A DNA stretch of 57,856 nucleotides, the filler included, from Catajapyx aquilonaris (taxonomy: Eukaryota): NCBI GenBank assembly GCA_000934665.2. It is 2 parts of 2 records of this genome, joined end to end, with 100 filler letters (N's around TTAATTAATTAA, not from the genome) between each part and the next. Parts side by side here need not be neighbours in the genome. Positions count along the whole stretch, not along the records: positions 1 to 28,899 come from KZ539236.1; 1 more part is not named here. One strand, 5' to 3'. The position numbers and the translations under genes are program-made. This document shows positions 1 to 12,612 of the stretch, piece after piece (positions within the stretch are counted from its first letter, which is position 1; every line of letters starts with the position of its first letter). Below the pieces are notes generated by a model that saw only the letters and a list, made by a program, of their open reading frames with translations, made no database searches and had not been told where the DNA came from.

Positions 1-806
1 CAAACTTGCTTATGTACACATCACATAATATTTGATGCTTCCCGACTACTTCTCTCTCCTGCTTTAAAAGAATACATTCTACTTACCTCCAAATCGTCAC
101 ATTTCTCGACATCCCGAAATATCTTCTGCAAGGACTCCCTCTTGAGGCAGGCAGGGGTCGACGTTAAATCTTCCAAAATCCCAGGTTGGCTCATTTTCAA
201 CATGCTGTGTTCCACAACTTTCGTCCCAGCTACAGGGTTTAGTCCATTCGACCTAATGCACTCTGTGTGTTTCCGTCAGAATTATATATATGCGAGAGTA
301 TACCCTTTTTTTGACCATCAAAAAAAAGTTTTTCACCTTATTACGGCAAGGATTGAAATTAGCTAAGACCATCCTGAAAGCGACAACTACTCTCACTGGC
401 ATGTAACCCAATGACCTCGATTGCACGCATCGAATCCTTCGAGGACGTCAGTCTCGTGTTAATATGAGTGACAATTAAGGTAGCTATTTCCACATCATTT
501 CGAAAAATACATTCAGGCACATCTCATGACTTGCTTTCGGACACGAAGACTTGATCACAATGCATGTCGAGGCGTTAAAATTGTGGCAAAAAAATATGTT
601 TCTTCTAGTTTTTTGTTAGTGTTGAAAAAGCATTATTTACGTGATATGTGTGCCAAAAAGCAGAGAGCAGCCCCTTTCCATATTCATATTTTCATCACAG
701 TGTATACGGTGTCTGATATTTGCTAAAATTTAACTGACACAACTACTTTGTTAAATTACAGCATGCACACCTCTAGATGTAAGAATACATAATTTGACCA
801 GCTATA

Positions 807-1433
807 CAGGGTGTTCCAGGTTCGTGGGTCACTTTTTGATAACTGATATCGTCCGATAGCAGTTACTTTTTTGTAGCTTGTTGTGCCATGTGCTCCATTC
901 TATACCACCTGCTATACCCCAGTGGTTAGGGGCACAAAAGCTACAGCCGTGGTTCCCAACATGGGGGGCGTGAGGCCATGAAAAATAAGTAAAATAATGT
1001 AACATGCTTCCGCTTGGCGCTGCTGGAAATATAAATGGACCGCTGCTTGTATCCGATGTGCTTACAGTATAGGAGGATTCCACTGTACTTTGTCAGCTAC
1101 ATTCACCTAAACTTGTGTGACCTTCAACCCAAAAAAATTTCATTGGCCCTTCTGTTGTTATTTCCCCTATATCGGCATGTTTTCATTCCTCAGTTATAAA
1201 AATATCTTCCAAGAAACTCTTGCTGAAATTTATTGGGACCGGGGGGGGNNNNNNNNNNNNNNNNNNNNNNNNNNNNNNNNNNNNNNNNNNNNNNNNNNNN
1301 NNNNNNNNNNNNNNNNNNNNNGGGGGGGGGTTCATGACGAAAAGTTTGGGAACCACACTGAGCTACACAAAATAACTGCTATATAGGACGATATCAGTTA
1401 TGAAAAAGTGACCCACGAACCTGGAACACCCTG
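807..1433. mobile_element. Tc1/mariner-type MITE (family with CAGGGTGTTCCA TIR)
   Basis: ~70-bp TIRs: cagggtgttccaggttcgtgggtcactttttgataactgatatcgtcc at 807 and its reverse complement ending 1433. TA on both flanks. Spans an N gap (1249-1321). Confidence 0.8.
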
Positions 1434-1438
1434 TATAG

Positions 1439-1440
<2 letters not shown>

Positions 1441-1515
<75 letters not shown>

Positions 1516-1823
1516 TTGCACCCCGTGCTAGAGCCATGCGCATATATGGGCCATCTTAGGGAGGTGGGATACCACCATATTTTTAAAATTTTATCTTGAA
1601 CTCTTGCTTTCGTTTTTACTTCTCGTATATGGGGATGGGATAGGGACGGAAGGAAGCGGCTGTGGCCTATAATTACGGACACGACCCCGGAATTTTCCTG
1701 GTGAGACCATGGGAAACCACAGAAAACCACGGTCAGGGTCGGCGGCCACCGGGATTCGAACCCAGGACCTCCCTATTAGCAGTCGGATACCATATCCCCT
1801 CCGCTATACCACTGCTTCGGTTA
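1441..1823 (-). mobile_element. tRNA-derived SINE, family 1, with (TTA)n tail
   Basis: Minus-strand head has A box (tggtatagcgg) and B box (ggttcgaatccc), then body ggttttctgtggtttccc...ggccacagccgcttccttcc, and a tail seen as (AAT)n at 1441-1515. TSD tgtatagat at 1432-1440 and 1824-1832. Near-identical copy at 17510-17832. Confidence 0.9.
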
Positions 1824-2690
1824 TGTATAGATGAATATTGAGTATTATTCAGCTAAAATTTTATTATCTGGAATATTTGAAAAATCCATTAAAATAACTT
1901 AACAGGATTGGCACATGTTATTTCAAAATTAATTACAACATTCAAACAGCACTACCTGGATTAAGCAGGCCGTGCAATGACTACTAAAGTTCTTCGTGCC
2001 TTTTTCTCCCCCCCCCCCTCCCCCTGTCTATATGCAAATTGCATGAAACGCGACATTTCGTGTCCTCCTGAAATTTAACAGCCCCTTGACACGAACCCCT
2101 CCTCTGAGAATATCTGAAGGAACAGTTCAATTGTGGCCGATTCGTCACATTGGATATATCTATCATGCAGATGAGACTCTCTTTCACCGCCCTATTTTTG
2201 CCCCCCAAACACATATATATTTTTTTTCTGTCCTCAGGTCACGACCCAAGTCTCCGAATAACACAATCATTCGACTCCAGAGGGCGTCTTTTCCGACCTT
2301 ATCACTCGTCGGAGCCTGCAGATGTCAACCAGAGATGAGGAAGAATACCCCCACTGCGTGTGTGTAAAATTGGAGCATCCTATAGGAGGAAAAAAAGGTT
2401 TGCCTTCCAACTGTCTGGTGCGAAAATGAGATGGAAAAGATCAAGGAATTGAGTTGGTAACCCCCGAAAACTTCACATAATGGCGCTCTTACAGGGGTAT
2501 AGACGGCCGATGCGTCTCTGTCAATAGACCCCTGTCGTGCAGGAGGATAGAGAGGGGGGTAAACTCGGCACTATTATACATAATCAAGCTTGCTATCCAT
2601 CCGTGCAATTAAGGTAATGGAAAAGCAGAAAGTTGGGATGAAATTGACCCGTGCTGGTCGGACTTACGAGGCCCCAAGGAGATGGGGGGG

Positions 2691-2693
<3 letters not shown>

Positions 2694-2734
<41 letters not shown>
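2694..2734. repeat. (GA)n microsatellite
   Basis: Seen directly. Confidence 0.95.
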
Positions 2735-2736
<2 letters not shown>

Positions 2737-2917
2737 CCGTTGGAGTCAGTTGATAGAAATGCTGATTATAGTCCACCCTAATCTCAGGAAAATTAATGGT
2801 TAGGGCCATATTCTGATGAGGTACTACATTATCGTCACCTGCATATAGTGCTTGTTACTTAAGGGTACAAGCGGACTCAGAGAACCTTCTCAAACAATTT
2901 TAAATATACGGAATACA

Positions 2918-3530
2918 CACGGTGTTCCAAGTTCGTGGGTCGTTTTTTGTTATCACTGATATCGCCCGAAGTACCGGTAGTTATTTTTGTGTAGCTTGTT
3001 GTCCCCGATCCAGGTGCCTCAGTACCACGGTCTAAGAATAGTAAGGTCTGGTCACTCCTCGCTTATCTCCTTTTATCGCCTTTGGGGGTCTGATGGGGTG
3101 GTTTGCGGGAGGTGACCAGGTGATAGCGCTTTTCTTTAGGGGCTAGACCTGTGGCGACCCCACCGGTCTCATCTGAACTTACGTAGAAGAGGAGCTTCAT
3201 GAGCGCCTCGGTGAGCGCTCATGGAGCTCCTCTTCTACGTAAGTTCAGATGAGACCGGTGGGGTCGCCACAGGTCTAGCCCCTGAAGAAAAGCGCCAAAA
3301 GCGCTATTACACGGTCACCTGCCGCAAACCACACCGTCAGACCCCCAAAGGCGATAAGAGGAGATAAGAGGGGAGTGACCAGACCTTACTATCCTTAGAC
3401 CGTTCTCAGTACAGTACTATCAGGTGGTCGAATGTAGCAGTGGCACCTGGAACAGCTGGAACAGCTTTGAGCGAAATTCCCTATAGCTATAACTATAGTA
3501 TAAAAGGCCACACGAACTTGGAACACCCTG
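2918..3530. mobile_element. Tc1/mariner-type MITE (same family as 807-1433) carrying a nested foldback element
   Basis: Ends cacggtgttccaagttcgtgg... and ...ccacacgaacttggaacaccctg|ta. Internal similarity to the 807 copy. Confidence 0.75.
3026..3404. mobile_element. 379-bp palindromic foldback element with 8-bp TSD (P- or hAT-superfamily non-autonomous element)
   Basis: The whole element is an inverted repeat centred near 3210 (cacggtctaagaatagtaaggtctggtcac ... gtgaccagaccttactatccttagaccgtt). Exact TSD ctcagtac at 3018-3025 and 3405-3412. Confidence 0.85.
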
Positions 3531-5699
3531 TATTTTAAAATATACAGAGTGATCTTGCGACTGATTGGCGATGTCTTGAAGCAAGTGTTGCAATCAAGTG
3601 TATAAATGAACAGCAATGATTGTTCACATGATTAAATTGTGAATATTACCTTTTAAGAAGTAAGAGAGAAAGGCCAAAATTAGCAATTTGGCCGGTTGAC
3701 AGTTCAAGCTATAGATAAGCGTATATAAACGGGCCAATGGAGACTCCAAGTCGCCCCCCAAAGTTTTCTAATTAATTTTCTCTAGCGACACACCAGTCGA
3801 GTCTTAGTTATCAGGATATTGGCAAGGGATATGAGAGCCGGGGAAAAAGGGTCTTGGCAATTTTACTGGTACTATTCAACCCTTTCCACCCCCTCTACCC
3901 CCTACCCCCCTTTGACATTCGTTTATCAGAGCTTACATCTTTAATTTCCTTCAGAGACATATTGTCAGTTCAACTGGAATGAGAAAAGATGGTAGGAAAA
4001 AAATGGGAAATAATTCTTGCAGCAGTTCAACGAACCTAAAGAAGCTTTGCCAAAATACGAGAAATTTTCAAGATATTTCTGGCTCCGCGACTGTTATAAG
4101 CAGTGATGGGGCTGTACACTACCGGCGGTAAAAATGATTTAAATTCCTCATAACTACCGGCAACACATTAGTCCAGACAAAATAGTCCCAATAAAAGTGC
4201 CTGCATTTCCTCCTTACATCATTTGCATGCCACAATGCCCTAGAATGCTAACTTTTAGGCATAGTTTAAAAGGTAGGCATATGTACAGTACTACATTTTG
4301 CTTGTCAATTTTATTTTTACATGGTACTAATTGATTATGGCATGCGTAATTACATTAAAATGGCATTTAACACCAAAATTAATAAAACACACGTCAACGC
4401 ACGGTTCCTTCATTCGGAATTAAAACGATTACACAAGTGACTTGATTTGATGTTAAATAGGACTATTTAGCAAGCCGTTAAAAATTCATCAGCAAATTAC
4501 ATTCCAGTCCACATACGAGTGGTCGATATTAACTAGCAATGCCAGTGATCGAAGTTTAAAACGTGCAAAAAACAGCAGTTATTTTATTTCGTGTGGAATT
4601 GTCAAGTATTTTGTCCAATTGCTTAAAACTAATACGATATACAAATTGCCATTGACTTGGCCTTTACATCGCCGACTGTCCTCAATTTAAGGAAGAGTCG
4701 TGATCCATTGATTGATTGGTTGGTTGATTGACTTTCGCGGCAAATGACATGCACACTATGTTATTTCCAAATCCACCGCTAACGTTATAGCGGCACATTC
4801 ATTATTGGATGTAAAGTTGTCATAATGACATTTAAACTAACAACTTACATTTAAAAAAATGAACCTTTGCATGTAAAATACTGCAGTGAATGTCTAAATC
4901 AAAGATGTGTTTTGAAAATACTTTATATTTTTAAAAAACCAACTGCGATTATTTTCAACAGTCCTTCAGTAATTCCCAATATTCCTGGTACAGGTACGAT
5001 ATTTAAAAAGCATCGCCAATGTATTTCCTCCAAAACCCCTCAAAAAGCTTCTATCAAGCCCACACCAAATCTCTGGGTAATTAGAGGATTTATACCCCCG
5101 GCAGCGAGTAAAAAAAATGAGGATGCCATCATGGCAACTGACCAAACGCTCCCTCCTGGATTTTCCGGTGGGCCAACTACTTTTCCCGGAGATTTATTGT
5201 CGTGTTCCAAACCACGCGACTTCTTACTCCCCAAACTTTTTTTTTATACTCCTCCTCCACCTCCTCCTTCTCCTACTTCTTCCGTCCAAAAAAGATCCCT
5301 CCCCTTACTTCCATGGGAAAGAAAACCTTGTCTCCCCCCCATCTCTTCCTAATGGAGAAAATCAGGAGCCTCTTCTGGGATTTGTCCAAGATGAAGTGGA
5401 TAATGAACCAGAAACTGCTGCTAATTAGCCTCCCCCCGATCCGAAGGGATCTGGAGTTCCGGTTCTTTTTTCCTTTTTTATGGACTTCCGGGAATTTCGG
5501 TGACCTCTCCAAGGTACTAATGACCAGTGGTCAAGGAGAGACCGGCTGGAAAAAAGGATTAAGCCATTGATTTGTGGCGGGGAAAAGGAGCATGTAAGGC
5601 TCCATACTATTCACCTCATGAAAAACTGGCTTTTCAATCTCATTTGATCTTAATGTATGTTAATTTAAATTTTTTATACATTTTGTATTATATATTGTA

Positions 5700-5840
5700 C
5701 AGGGTGTTCCACGTCACTGGTCATTTTTAGTTCTACTAATATTGCCCAAATTAGTTATTTTTGTGTAGCTAGTTGTGCCCCATTACTCCCAGGTGGTCGA
5801 ATATAGCAGTTTCTATAGCCTATTAGGAATAGGGCACCTG
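5700..5840. mobile_element. One-ended fragment of the CAGGGTGTTCCA MITE family
   Basis: ta|cagggtgttccacgtcactggtcattttt...agttatttttgtgtagctagttgtgcccc matches the left ends at 807 and 2918. Confidence 0.65.
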
Positions 5841-6654
5841 GTTAGATGCGCAACAAGATACAAAAACTAATAACTAAAATAATTCCCTATAATTAAAAGT
5901 ACTAATATACTTGTAACACACCATGTAAATTATATATTTATTATTCGTCTCAATTTTTTGCACATTTCCTATACGCAATTTCCTTTTCCATGCAATGTTG
6001 AGTAAGGACATGGATCTTTCACACACCAAACACGCACCTCTTATTTTCATTCCCACTTTTCGCAAAACTTGGCTCAAAAACTAGTTTCCTAAGCAACTAA
6101 AAAAAAAAGAGCAGGCACATCTCAAGCATAATTTCCTCCCTTTTTGAAAGTCCCCCCCTCCCAATAATTACGGGCTTAACACCAACGCTATTGAAATTTC
6201 GCCCTCCAGTGCAGCAAGCGAAAAAGCCTTCACTCACCCTGCCAAAATGAACGCCCTCTAAAAATAGGATCCTCTTCAATTATTTATCCCCAAAGTAGCT
6301 AGAACATGACACTGCACTTTGATGCTTCGAGTCCACTCTGTACTAGAAAAAAAAACTAGGGGTATATCGGGTGAGAGGGGGTGGCCCCATGTGACTAGAC
6401 CTTGTATAAAGTAGCAGTTGCTACCAACTGGTCCCCCGGAATTACGGGCATTTTTTCCCATCCGGAGCACCTGCGTCCAAAAAAAAAGCTAGGGGGTGAG
6501 AGGGGTGCAGTATACCACTTGGCTATACTGTATATCTGAATGAAGGGATCTGTCAGATTGTGTCTATGATTATGTCAGTCTGACAGGAAGGCATGCCGCT
6601 ATCAATTGGTATGACATGTTACGTGGAAATGCCCCAAGGGTCCAACAATCTAAG

Positions 6655-7087
6655 TGTGCTACCTGCCAAGTGTGCACCGAGACAAGGTGCTCCAAGTTCG
6701 GTGTGCTCCGAGTAAGTTGTGCTCCGAGTTCGTATGCTCCGAGTTCGGTGTGCTCCGAGTTCGTATACTCCGAGTCAGGTGAGCTCCGAGTTCGTATGCT
6801 CCGAGTTCGGTGTGCTCCGAGTCAGGTGTGCTCCGAGTCAGGTGTGCTCCGAGTCAGGTGTGCACCGAGTTCGTATGCTCCGAGTTCGGTGGGCTCCGAG
6901 TCAGGTGTGCTCCGAGTCAGGTGTGCTCCGAGTCAGGTGTGCTCCGAGTCAGGTGTGCACCGAGTTCGTATGCTCCGAGTTCGGTGGGCTCCGAGTAAGT
7001 TGTGCTCCGAGCTCGTATGCTCTGAGTCAGGTGTGCTCCGAGTTCCGTGTGCTCCGAGTCAGGTGTGCACCGAATCAAGTGTGCACC
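6655..7087. repeat. Minisatellite array of 15/16-bp units (core GCTCCGAGT)
   Basis: Units tcaggtgtgctccgag, ttcggtgtgctccgag and ttcgtatgctccgag, repeated about 25 times. All three + frames are open, as expected for a repeat. Confidence 0.95.
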
Positions 7088-7791
7088 AGTCAAGTATTAA
7101 ACCGCTTCTTTACAGGCTATATTAATATTTACTGGACGTATAAGCCAACCGAGTGGTCCCTCAATTTCAGTATTTTTTGGAAACGAGAAGAAAACAGTGG
7201 GTAGTGTCCCACCTGCGCAACCAATCCCCTGGATTACACGTTTTTGCCTTGCAGTGTGCGGCTAGCGATATGGTCCACAATGGCTCCAAATCGCGGTTCG
7301 AATGAAAATTTATGTAGCTCACTGACTGATTGCCCGTTGGACCGAACACTTTTGTAGCCCAGATAGCACTCATAACCTTTTCATTTGTGTTAGCCGCACA
7401 TAGAACCACCCTCCCCCCCCCCTAAAAAAATAACATGGCGGCCTGTGTAAATCCCTGTGGGTTGCTCCTGCCTTTTGTGGTATCAATGCACTTTCTAAAT
7501 CTCGTCCAGGACTCTATTTTAGGTCAGCACCAAATATTCGTTCGCATTTCACTAGCCATGCCCACACTGTGGGAAATGCACCTAGTTTCAGCTGGCTATC
7601 TATCTGGGTCAGAATTGAAAAAAACAAGAGCACAGACAACAGTTGCTTTAGGCGTTTTGCACAATCCAGTTTAATATTGCACCAAAATTAGAAGCACTCT
7701 TTGTGCAGCTCATTACTTATAGGACGCTTCAACTGATTTGGACCGAAGTTTACTATGCTGTGCAAGCATAATTAGTGCACATAAGTGGACC

Positions 7792-7792
<1 letters not shown>

Positions 7793-7854
<62 letters not shown>
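7793..7854. repeat. (AAT)n microsatellite, probably a severely 5'-truncated SINE tail insertion
   Basis: (AAT)n plus a short unique segment, flanked by the direct repeat aagtggacctata (~7783 and ~7894), which looks like a TSD. Confidence 0.7.
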
Positions 7855-7855
<1 letters not shown>

Positions 7856-10381
7856 TTTATTGCCCTTGTATACACCGACTGGTGTTTTAAGGGAAGTGGA
7901 CCTATATGAGAGCACTAGCATAACATGCCTATTAAGGGTTAGGCTAGGTTAGAGGGGGGAGGGAGTTTTAGCAGTGATAAATATCCAATAAATTTATGAA
8001 CACACATATTGTTGCACAACTCTACAGTTGCGAGTACCACCTCCCTGGACACCCAACAATGCCCAGCCATCTCTGGCAAGAAAAGCAATTAAAAGTCAGC
8101 ACAAGTTTAATGGCCACAACTTCTGAATACGTCCTGCTAGGCCCCTAAAGTGACACTATCTGTAAAATTAATTTCCCCCACCGTTCGCACAAGTTTGTCG
8201 ACCATTACGTGCGAATTTCCTAACTTTCGGTCACTCTCTCTCAAGTCGCGTCCGTTTCAATGCAAGACTCGCTATTAACACTTTTTTTTTCCTCTGTTGC
8301 CAACGACTATATAGTCACTTGGTGTTGATTTCCCTTAGCAACAGAGCTCGGGAATATGCAGCGTTGTTGGGCCACAAAAGCCCCAAAGCCGGCGCAGTTT
8401 CCCTGGAAATCCATTGAAACCTGACAATTCGAGTCGGATCCCAGCAGCCCGCAAGCTCAAAGAGAAAAGGATGTGACGTTGATATGCGTGCGTTGTCTTG
8501 GAGATGGGCTTAGGCTTTCAAAACCTGTGGGTGGGGAGAAGGAAGGATGGGGGGCGGGGGGGAACCATCCACGTCTACTCTCACAAATGCAACGCCTTGG
8601 GATTTGTCACCTATAGACATGATAGGATCCTGAGATGCAATCCACAATATGCAGAATTTTATTACCAAGTTGGTCGGATATATGTCTAAGTAACCAACCC
8701 CAAATATGCAGAGTAAACGTCTGATTAATTTCGAAATTAACCCCCGCCAACTCGTAATATACGGTAGCGTTAGTGTTGAAAATTTTGGATATCCTCTTAT
8801 ATATGGCGCGCTAGAGACTATGTAATTTTCATTTTGGCGTCGGTCAAAGAATATATAGAGGGTGGGGAGAGTAGAAGGGGGGAAAAAACGGGTCAATTCC
8901 CTTTTACAGTATGTTTTCCTTGTCCCACAAACTCTGGTTCCCTCAGTCGACGAAATGAATGTCTGCTTTGCCAGGATGAAAAACCCGCGGGTCACGTATC
9001 TCGGGCGTTGATCAAGCTGCTTGGCAAACATTGGCTTCTGTGGAACAGACTACTTTGAAGACCACACCAGCGCAATTTTTTTTGCACCTCCACACTCTAT
9101 CCGACTATAATAACTCTATTGATGTTTTTTTTGCCTGTTGTACACTTTTCCTGTACCGTATCAGGAGTAAATCAGTTTCCTTCGTTAGTTTTTAAAGTAA
9201 TTTTTGTCCTTGCAGTTATTTTCACTTAAATAATTACACATAAGCCTGCTGCTGTTGTTGTTATGTGCGCATCTTTTGACATAGCCTACTGTGACCGCAT
9301 AATATAGGTTCATACTTTTGGATATGTTTTCTCAAAAGGTCATATAACTTTGACCTTCCGTCTTGCTGGGCTTGTGCTACCGAACATACTAGACTACTAT
9401 ATAGCACTGCACTCTTTTTTCTTATAATAGCCACGAATCCACACATTTCTGGCACTTTGCAGAAAACGTCTGCTCTCAACGGGCCTCTCTCCCCCTCCCT
9501 TCCTCCCTGCCTACTCCCTCCCCCTTTTGTGGTAGGATGGACATCAACCGAAAATAATGCTTTCTGACCTCCTTTGCACACGGGGCCTCTAGGCAAAACT
9601 GTACAAGTCGCTGCATAGAATACACGACCTTATACCACCATGGCATTTTGGGAAGCCTCTTACTAGCATGCAGTATGTGCCTCTTTGCAAATATATAGTT
9701 CTCCTGAAAAAATACATCGCCCGTAGTTTCGTTGTGGAGATGTGCGACTATAGCAACGCCAGTCCAAGAATAATATTTCTGGGCTCACAAGAATATAATA
9801 CGTATGGTCAGGACTACGGAATACCTGGGAATACAAAGGGCCATATGTTTATAATTATAATAGTGCCTTTGAAATGAAGCGCATGAGTCAGCTGCAAGAT
9901 GTGGATTAGTGGATAGGAAGTGCAGCCTTCAGTAGGCCCTATCCTGAACTTTCAACTGTACTGTACACTAGATGGCCGTAAGGTCGGAAATATTTTGTTC
10001 GTATAAGACAAGCCCAAAAATGTATTTAAATCTTAATTTTACAATGTGGCAGTGAAAATATAGAAACATTACCTTGCATCTAAGATCAACATTAGTAGTT
10101 ATTTTTATGCCATTATTCTCATGTTAAAAATCATAAAATGGAAAGTGAACCACATGCATGTAGTAAATGAGAGGAAAGTACCATCGCATAAAACAAAATG
10201 GTTCCGAAATAATAACGATGTGTATATGATCGCTGCGTTACTGCGAAAAGGAACAATAATTACAGGAGCTCCTTATGTCATAACTAATGGATTTTGCCGA
10301 TAAAACAGGCCTTATGTACCATCGGCTCAGTGAATCCGAGAACCCGATGCGACATTTCTGTAGAACCGAGGTCGGACAAAG

Positions 10382-10682
10382 CAGTAACGTATAACGTAGC
10401 CAGGATTCCAGTTCGGGGGGGCGGGGGCCGCCGGAGGCGAAATTTTTTGGATTCAAGGTCACAAGAGCTTAGGTGAATGTGGGAGATTTGAATGGGTGTG
10501 TATTTTATGAAATCGGTAACACTTTTTCCAAAAAAAATATCATGAATTAGTAGAACAGTAGAATATTCGTCGATTTTTGGATAATAGCCTAGCCTACATT
10601 ATGAATTTCGGGGGGGGGGGGGGGGGGGGGNNNGGGGGGGGGGGGGCTGCAGCCCCCTCAGCCCCCCCTGGCTACGTCGCTG
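10382..10682. mobile_element. hAT-like MITE with G-rich subterminal tracts
   Basis: Ends cagtaacgta(taacgta)gccagg and cctggctacgtcgctg are imperfect TIRs. Flanks ggacaaag / ggacttcg are only a partial 8-bp TSD. Confidence 0.55.
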
Positions 10683-11453
10683 GGACTTCGAGGCCTCAAT
10701 AATGCAAGTACACGTCTTTAGTTTAGTTGTGTCACTAGTGTACAGTACAATGTATACATGGTGTTGATGCTCTGCCCAAGCCACCATTTCCAGAGGGAGG
10801 GAGGGGAGAACTTACAGTGTTTACTTTAGCAACTACAGTTGAAAGAGAAGCAACAATCATGACATGTGTGGGGGGCTCAGATTGTTGTTTCCAACAGTTT
10901 GTTTCTGTACTTGTTGCTCTGTGGTCAGGCAGACAATCTATAATGTCGTCATCTGCTCCCCTGTATAACTGCTGAAGCCTTGGGCAATGTACCACCCTGT
11001 ATAGGAAAACTATACAAAATGTAAGCCCACAATATATTCCAATATGTACACAAGGTTTAGGCAATGCTGCGGTTCTAGGCCGCAGTGTATAACCAACTGT
11101 AGGTAGCCCACGTCCGCTCCGACAAATAATCTGTTTCATCTGCAGTACAGTGTACCTATACTGCAGGGTATGTTACAATGTCATTGCGTTTCAGGCCGAC
11201 TAGGGAAAGTCCATGTAAAGCATACTGAGTAATAACAGCCAGCCCAGCATTTATGTTCCAGTTCAATACTGTACTACAGTATCGTAAATTCGCATCAAAT
11301 GTTTGCCTCAGTCGAGACAAGGATTGTATTCACATGCAGAGAGTCTATCAGATTATGCTGTTCATCTACCCAATTACTATGCATTGCAATAGACTGTATC
11401 ACATAAGATTGTGCTTTACGATAGGAGGGTGAACTATTGACACGGAAGAGCAG

Positions 11454-11740
11454 TCACACACTTTTTCTGTCCACAAGCAAAAGACTGGTATCCTTATCAG
11501 TAAGAGGCTCTTGGAAGACGGTTAGGAAAGTTGGCAGATTGAGAAGACTGGGCAGTAAAAAATATGGCGCAATTTTGTATCTTCCTGGGTATATTTCCCC
11601 CGACGTCGTATCTAGATTAGGATTGGCAACAAAAACCCTCGCTCCAATTTCCAAAAACTTTGACAAATTCCGAGCAAGTCCACAAATGGGACTGGCAAAT
11701 CTAATTCTGGGCCTCACGTTCAATAAAACAAGAGAAAAAG
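11454..11740 (-). pseudogene. Degenerate non-LTR retrotransposon (LINE) ORF2 fragment, post-RT region
   Basis: Translation VRPRIRFASPICG...LEIGARVF...LLPSL resembles the LINE motif LVRPxLEYASPVW...LExVQRxF...LxLPSL. Confidence 0.55.
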
Positions 11741-12612
11741 AAATCCTCCCGCCCTTTCTCATCCCCCTCCCTATCCCCACCCCCACCCCACTCCCTTCTG
11801 GAAAAAAAAAAAAAACCCTACAAAATCCAATAAAACTTCAAAAGTAATTCCTGGACGAAATATTTCTCCGCTTATATTGCGGTAATTTGTCAACTTTATT
11901 AGATGATAGTTGATGTCTGGAAGGTCGTTTTATTTTCGTTCTAAGACTCCATTCTTTCTTCATGTCGACTACATATGCTGAGAGCAGATAGTAATAGTGA
12001 GCTAGTACACTCGCAATTTATAGTGAGAAAAATTTGCGTCTTACTACTCTACAAGTTGACGGTGCAGTAAGTATGTATGCTTCAACAATGACTGAATATG
12101 TTTCAAACTTGTGTATCCTACCGAAAATTTGAAGGCAGTGTATTCTATGAATAATTCTATGAATTCTAGTCATCAATGTAGTGTGTCATCTTCTCACATA
12201 TGGCGCTACTCTCCGCGATGAATGTTGTTTCCCACCAGAGCCACCTGCCGTCTCTGAAAATTACTAGCGTGTACAGTAGTCAGTTACTGTGCCAATGCTG
12301 TGAGGCCATATCGTGTAGACTATTACAGGTTTACAGCCCATGTCATAATTATACAAGTAGGCTACTTGTATAACATAACTTTCGAAAAAATCGTATGCAT
12401 AACAATAGTTTAAATAATTAGCTATTGAGATATCATATCTGGATGAAGCATAGCCAAACCTTGACCTTTAGAAAGTGATATGGTTAAGAGCAAACAAATG
12501 CCTACCGTCCAATAGTGATCAGCAATCGCATACAGTAGTATTTTGATATCGGCTAGTCGGGCCAAACATGACTCTAATCTTACGTGGAATATGTGCAGGC
12601 CGAATACTTGCC

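Noticed and set aside
1745..1820. tRNA-like cloverleaf on the minus strand with GCT anticodon (also ~17760-17832, ~18925-18998, ~19210-19280)
   Set aside because: It lacks the long variable arm of tRNA-Ser and is fused to a SINE body, tail and TSD, so it is a SINE head rather than a tRNA gene.
2811..2845. CTGATGA hammerhead-like core
   Set aside because: No GAAA after a plausible stem II and no stems I/III.
4867..6330. Several overlapping 60-160 aa ORFs
   Set aside because: No recognisable domain or splice structure. The sequence is homopolymer-rich and probably a decayed retroelement or low-quality sequence.
6616..7204. Long Cys/Ser/Arg-rich ORFs and a CRISPR-like appearance
   Set aside because: The ORFs are by-products of a stop-free minisatellite. 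There are no unique spacers, no cas genes, and the context is eukaryotic.
7167..7700. Possible decayed pogo/CENP-B-like coding relic on the minus strand
   Set aside because: Only a few residues of resemblance with many stops. Cannot be supported without a search.
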